Shown one piece after another: positions 9,352-14,864 of a stretch of DNA of 14,864 nt. This DNA comes from Octopus sinensis (taxonomy: Eukaryota): assembly GCF_006345805.1 (NCBI RefSeq), contig NW_021825714.1:1-14864 (forward strand), read 5' to 3'. The translations under genes were made by a program, and so were the position numbers. The notes under the pieces are model-generated. The model was not told the origin of the DNA. It made no database searches and worked only from the letters and a program-made list of their open reading frames with translations. Every line of letters begins with the position of its first letter. Position 1 is the first letter of the stretch.

Positions 9352-9560
9352 CTTTATTAAAAAGCAGCGAAAATATCGCAAAAACTCCCGTTCGTCGGAC
9401 AATTTTCTTAACAAAACTGACCGACGAACCGGTACGTGAAACTCTGAGTAACAGTTTTTATAATATTTTTGCTGCTTTATAATAAAGCCTATTACTCTAC
9501 CTCTGGCATTCGAGTACTATTTTTCCCACCTTTTCCACATTTATCTGCTTACACTAGTAC
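9352..9560. mobile_element. Inverted pair of a hammerhead-bearing repeat (probable Penelope-like pLTR remnant)
   Basis: Left arm 9352-9406 is the reverse complement of right arm 9413-9487, apart from substitutions and a ~20-nt gap, with spacer CTTAAC. The right arm continues to ~9560. It is flanked by (TA)n and (CA)/(CATA)n. Confidence 0.7.
9413..9458 (+). ncRNA. Minimal type I hammerhead ribozyme-like motif
   Basis: Reads AAAACTG-A-CCGACGA-AC CGGTAC GT-GAA-ACTC T GAGT-A-A-CAGTTTT. Stem I is 7 bp (9413-9419/9452-9458) and the core is CCGACGA (U4 to C). Stem II is weakened, stem III is ACTC/GAGT with a 1-nt loop, and the GTA triplet is at 9448-9450. Confidence 0.6.
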
Positions 9561-9626
9561 ACACACACACATACATACATACATACATACATACATACAC
9601 ATACATACATACATACATACACATAC

Positions 9627-9687
<61 letters not shown>

Positions 9688-9712
9688 CATAATAATACAT
9701 ATTAATATATAT

Positions 9713-9758
<46 letters not shown>
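9558..9758. repeat. (CA)/(CATA)/(TA) microsatellite
   Basis: Read directly from the sequence. Confidence 0.95.
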
Positions 9759-9761
<3 letters not shown>

Positions 9762-10254
9762 GAATAAATGTAAGTGCGTGTGTTTGGGAGAACATTTTGG
9801 TTATTCTTTTCAAGCATAATCCCCAATGAAAATGATGCGCAATGTATTATAATTTTCACTTTCATACACACAATATTATACTGAAGAAGAAATAAACACA
9901 TACTAGCAAATACAAACACAGTTTAAACATTATCAACACTGCTACAACTCTTACCTCCTCTTACTGCTCCTGGATAATTAACCACCCCAATTTTTTCACT
10001 GAAAAACCCTTAATTAAAGAGACCACTGTTTTCCCGCTTGCAGGGGGAAGGCACTCGACTTCTCTTTAAACCATCAACATTTATTTGATGTCTTTTTAAT
10101 GAGCATTTCGCTGTTGTAACCATTTTCACACAACATTGTCATATCAAATTATTTATATGCTTCTTTATAGTTTATTTATAGTTTTGTGTGTGAATTTTAA
10201 ATGTACTTCATATACCTCTATGTAGCTCTATTGAATTATTTGTTATATTCATTC

Positions 10255-10270
10255 ATAAATGCATACATAC

Positions 10271-10315
<45 letters not shown>

Positions 10316-10396
10316 TATATATATATACATGCACACATACATAGAAACATACATACATGCATATATGCATACATACATACATGCACGTATACATAC
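10255..10396. repeat. (TA)/(CATA) microsatellite
   Basis: Read directly from the sequence. Confidence 0.9.
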
Positions 10397-11160
10397 TTTG
10401 GAGTCCTGGGATATGTGATACACTGCCTAAATACCAATCTTGAGAAATTAGGCTTCTCAAAACCGGAAAAGAGAAAGCTAATTAGAAGACTACAGAGCCA
10501 GTCCATCATGGAACTGTAAAAATCTGTAAAAACTTTCCAGAAGTTTATCATTTATATATATATGAGCATCTCTAGATATGCAACTATATGCATGAGAATA
10601 CACATATAAAACAAAACATAAAAATCTGCACATATAATAAAATACATACTACTACATGCACATACATACATACATACATACATACATACATACATAATAC
10701 ATACATATATACATACTACATACATATAATAATACATACATACAACATACATACATACATACATCATACATACATAATACATACATACATACATATCACA
10801 TACATACAGCATACATACTACATACAGGCATACATACATACATAATGCATACACAACAACATACATAATACATAATACACATACTACATACATACTATAT
10901 AATACATACATGCATACATACATACATACAGGCATACATACATACATACATACATGCATACATACATACATACATACATACATACATACATACATACATA
11001 CATACATACATAAGTACATACATACATAGAAACAGACAAACAAACAAAAATACCCTGTTGTTGATGCTGAAATTCCAATGAAGGAGTCTTGAATCTAGGT
11101 TAGAAACCGGCTCTTTATCTATTGGGAAGAAATTTTGAAACTGAACTGAGCAATAACATA
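10397..11160 (+). mobile_element. 5'-truncated R4/Dong-like non-LTR retrotransposon: ORF C-terminus plus putative 3' UTR
   Basis: 10400-10555 translates, with two compensating frameshifts (~10509 and 10531), to GVLGYVIHCLNTNLEKLGFSKPEKRKLIRRLQSQSI-GTVKICKTFQKFII. This matches the GALG.V...L...L..L...LQ....GT.KI C-terminal pattern that follows the restriction-like endonuclease in R4-clade elements. Treating 10560-11160 as the same element's 3' UTR is inferred. Confidence 0.6.
10640..11045. repeat. Degenerate-to-perfect (CATA)n array
   Basis: Read directly from the sequence. It accounts for the MYVC-repeat ORFs. Confidence 0.95.
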
Positions 11161-11694
11161 CATACATATATACATACACTGAATTTAGGTAAATAATCCT
11201 TCGAACAGAAGCGACGCCTGCTTGGTTCGGCTGCTCTACATTGATAAAGGGCAAATACCCTGAAAATAGTCTCTGGATGCCTGAGCAGCAAGGGGAAGTG
11301 GTTGACCTCCCCCTGTTCGAAGGTTATAATAGATGCAGGTTCGTGAATAAAAGAAATAAATAATAAACGACGAAATTGTCACGGTTTGAAACTCTATGGC
11401 CGATCAAGAAGTATATTTTGGGGTAATCTTTTTTGAGAATCTTGTTGTATGAGACAAGTTTTATTACCAAGCGAACCACGCTACTAAAAAAAAAAATTAA
11501 AGTTAATTTTGTTAAGTATGGTCTTCAGAAAGTCTCGCAGGCCACAAGCTGCACATATTGACTGTTTATGTTCGTTCTTTGCAGCCGATAATTTTTTGTT
11601 AAAACGTAAAGCTGATGATGTGTTTGATTCTACGCTACTTCTGATCTGATGTATCATAAACATGTGTAATGACTGAAACCGGTACAAACAATAA

Positions 11695-11696
<2 letters not shown>

Positions 11697-11741
<45 letters not shown>

Positions 11742-11842
11742 TTAGTAGTAGTAGTATTGGTGGTAGTAGTAGTAGTAGTGGTGGTGGTGGTGGTGGTGTT
11801 GGTGGTGGTGGTGTTGTTGTTGTTGGTTGTGGTGGTGGTGGT

Positions 11843-11882
<40 letters not shown>

Positions 11883-11946
11883 GTAGTAGTATTATTAGTA
11901 GTAGTAGTAGTAGTAGTATTTGCATTAGCAGCAGTAGCAGCAGCAG
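11697..11946. repeat. Compound trinucleotide array (TAG)/(TGG)/(TTG)/(TAT)/(CAG)
   Basis: Read directly from the sequence. Confidence 0.95.
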
Positions 11947-12049
11947 TAAGGAGAACTAAGTTAACTTTTGTCATCGGTGAAGTACGAAATTTCAAATTTT
12001 TTAAATAAGTCATTTAAAACGATGTCCATATTTCCAGAAAGTGTTGGCG

Positions 12050-12147
12050 CTGGTTCTGATGATGACGATGGTGTTGTTGATTATATTGTTGATGGTGATG
12101 GGCCTCGTACTGGTGTTCATCATTCTTGTTGTCAAGGTGGTGGTGGT

Positions 12148-12184
<37 letters not shown>

Positions 12185-12800
12185 GTGGTGATGATGATGC
12201 AGCTGGTGTGCTAGGATGCTGGTAGGTTGCTTATTGGCAGCAGTGGTGGTCGCCGGGGGTTGTGGCGATGTTGGTTGTATGGGTGGGGGTGTAGTATTGA
12301 GAGAAGTAGTTGTGATGGCGTTGGTGGTTGTCTGAGTTATTAGTTTTGATGGCGGCGGCGGCGGTGGCAGCGGTGGTGGTGGTGGTGGTAGTGGTGGTGG
12401 CAGCAGAAGTGGTGGTGGTAGTGTTGTAGTAGTAATGGTGTTTTTATTGTTGTTGTTGTTGTTGGGGTTGGTGGTGATGGAGGGACATATTATCGGAGTA
12501 GTTATGATAGAGGTAGTTGTTGTTGTTGCTGTTGTTGCTGTTGTTGTTGTTGGTGGTGGTGGTGGTGACGGTGGTAGTGGTGGTGGTGGTGGTGTCGGTG
12601 ACGTATAATAGTGATGGTGGCGCATCGGTGTTGTTATTCGTGGAGGTGGTGGCGGTGATGCTGGTGGTGGTGTTAGTTTTATCAGTGTTAGTGACAATAA
12701 ATGGAGGAGAATCATGATGTAGAGAATGGCTACGATGATGATGATGATGATGATGAGAGAGGAGGAGGAGGAGGAGGAGGAGGAGGGTGATGGAGGTGAT
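12050..12800. repeat. Cryptic trinucleotide simple-sequence domain (GGT/GGC/GTT/GAT/GGA)
   Basis: Read directly: strong G/T strand skew, with pure runs separated by decayed triplets. Confidence 0.85.
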
Positions 12801-12950
12801 GGTAATTTCGGTTAGGACAGGGGCCGTTGAATTAGAAAATATTAAGAAATTGATTAATGCGCATTTGGGTAATTAACACAGTTTTAAGGTTTATTCGCGA
12901 TATTCATCAACTGATGACACTTAACATCGTCATCACAGAGATATGTAGCC

Positions 12951-13459
12951 ATACATACATACATACATACATACATACATACATACATACATACATACAT
13001 ACATACATGATACATACGTACGTACATACATACATACATAATACATACATACATACATACATATTAATGCATATTCATACACATACATATTTGTATATAC
13101 ACATGCATACACCTATTTATTCGTACACGCACACATTCATATACATACGTATATATATATATATACATACACATACGCATTGATACAAACGCACACATAC
13201 ACACATACACCCACAGGCACATACACAGACGCACATATACACACACGCATATATATAGTCATATTTTAACTAGATGTATAGTTATATACATAATTATTAC
13301 ATACATGTTTATATATTTTATATATATATACACAAACGTACTTTTCATTACATGTATAATTACATGCATATATGCATACATGCCTATATACATATGCATG
13401 TATACATGTTTGTAATACATGTATGTACGTATGCATGTATGCATATATGTATACACACA
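12951..13459. repeat. (CATA)/(CA)/(TA) microsatellite field
   Basis: Read directly from the sequence. Confidence 0.9.
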
Positions 13460-13699
13460 CAGGGTGGAGGTGTAAAAGTAGGTATACAGTAGGTATTATG
13501 TAATACTTAATTCATTAAATTTATTAGCTCATTAAATTAGTCTCATTTTTTAATATTTTCAGTGTTATTAATCATAATAATACATTTATCATAACTATAA
13601 TAATACTTTTATCGTAACTTTTAAATTTTTTGATAAAAGTAAATGAGTATTGTATGTTTTCTTTCTTCATAACTGTATACCTAGTTTCGCACCACCCTG
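13460..13699. mobile_element. Tc1/mariner-type MITE, 240 bp
   Basis: Left TIR 13460-13490 is CAGGGTGGAGGTGTAAAAGTAGGTATACAGT. The reverse complement of 13672-13699 is CAGGGTGGTGCGAAACTAGGTATACAGT, so the first 8 and last 12 nt are identical. TA follows at 13700-13701, while the left flank is CA within a CA run. The interior is AT-rich and non-coding. Confidence 0.85.
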
Positions 13700-13902
13700 T
13701 ATATACAGTCATATGCACTTATATAGATGTGTATACACACACAGATATTTTTCATTATTTATATAATTATATACATACATGCAAACATGTATAAATACAT
13801 ATATACATAGACATAAACACACACATACGCACGCAGGCATACACCCCAGACATAGAAACACATAGATGAACTGCAAACAGGAATATCCCTTTTTACGTAC
13901 AC

Positions 13903-14237
<335 letters not shown>

Positions 14238-14864
14238 AAGGAACGCATATACACACTCAAGCATATGTAGATGCTTTGATGACTGTACTCAAAGAAAAGC
14301 AACAGCAAAGTACGTAGCCATCTAGGTGACAAAAAAATCACGACTGCTCTAATCAGTTCTTCACGAGCGAAGAATCCATGAGAGAGGCAGTATTTCACCG
14401 ATGCAAACTCTATTGATACCACGACGAACACTAGAAAGGTGACGGCAAAGAATATAAATTAATGCATTACAGGAGAAAATACCTGTAGAATAATGAAGCT
14501 TTATAGTAGCATTGAAGGAGCATATTTCCCAGTATCACTAAGCCTGCTGTGAAGAAGACAGATCCAACGGTAAAGGTAACCTAAATGACAAGCATCTCCT
14601 TCCAACTTCAAGATGCTCCCGGGAATCCAGTCTAGCGACCTCAAAGCAACTGGCACCAAATTGATTTTGTTTTCTCATATTTTGCCCTCATACTCTTCAT
14701 GTTCCTTGACCCACTCACAAACAGAATGGCAATACATGGATATCATCTCCCACCATAGCAAATAAACCTTATCTAATCCTCTGTGAAACATGTTCAGACA
14801 ACTAGTAACCTATCACTCCTGAAGTGGTTTGCAAGCATGCTCAGTCACTATCAGGAGTATTAAT

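Noticed and set aside
11968-12225. 85-aa plus-strand Gly/Asp-rich ORF
   Set aside because: It is derived from GGT/GGC/GAT repeats and has no independent support.

Overview
AT-rich, microsatellite-saturated eukaryotic DNA that appears to be non-coding (intron or intergenic). The SINE families and repeat style resemble octopus/coleoid cephalopod DNA; this is recognition from memory, not a database result. No protein-coding gene is supported, and almost every ORF in the track is a translated microsatellite. Supported content: three tRNA-headed SINEs (two with perfect 14-bp target-site duplications) and one SINE fragment; a 240-bp Tc1/mariner-type MITE; a 5'-truncated R4/Dong-like (restriction-like endonuclease) LINE tail; and many di-, tri- and tetranucleotide arrays. 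The most interesting signal is a set of short repeats embedded in (TA)n. They carry minimal type I hammerhead-ribozyme motifs (core CTGAnGA...GAAA, palindromic stem III, GTA cleavage triplet) of three different sequence types at 5696-5731(-), 8084-8114(-), 8171-8240(+) and 9413-9458(+), some in inverted arrangement. This is the architecture known from Penelope-like retroelement pLTRs. No copy is perfect, so activity is unproven.
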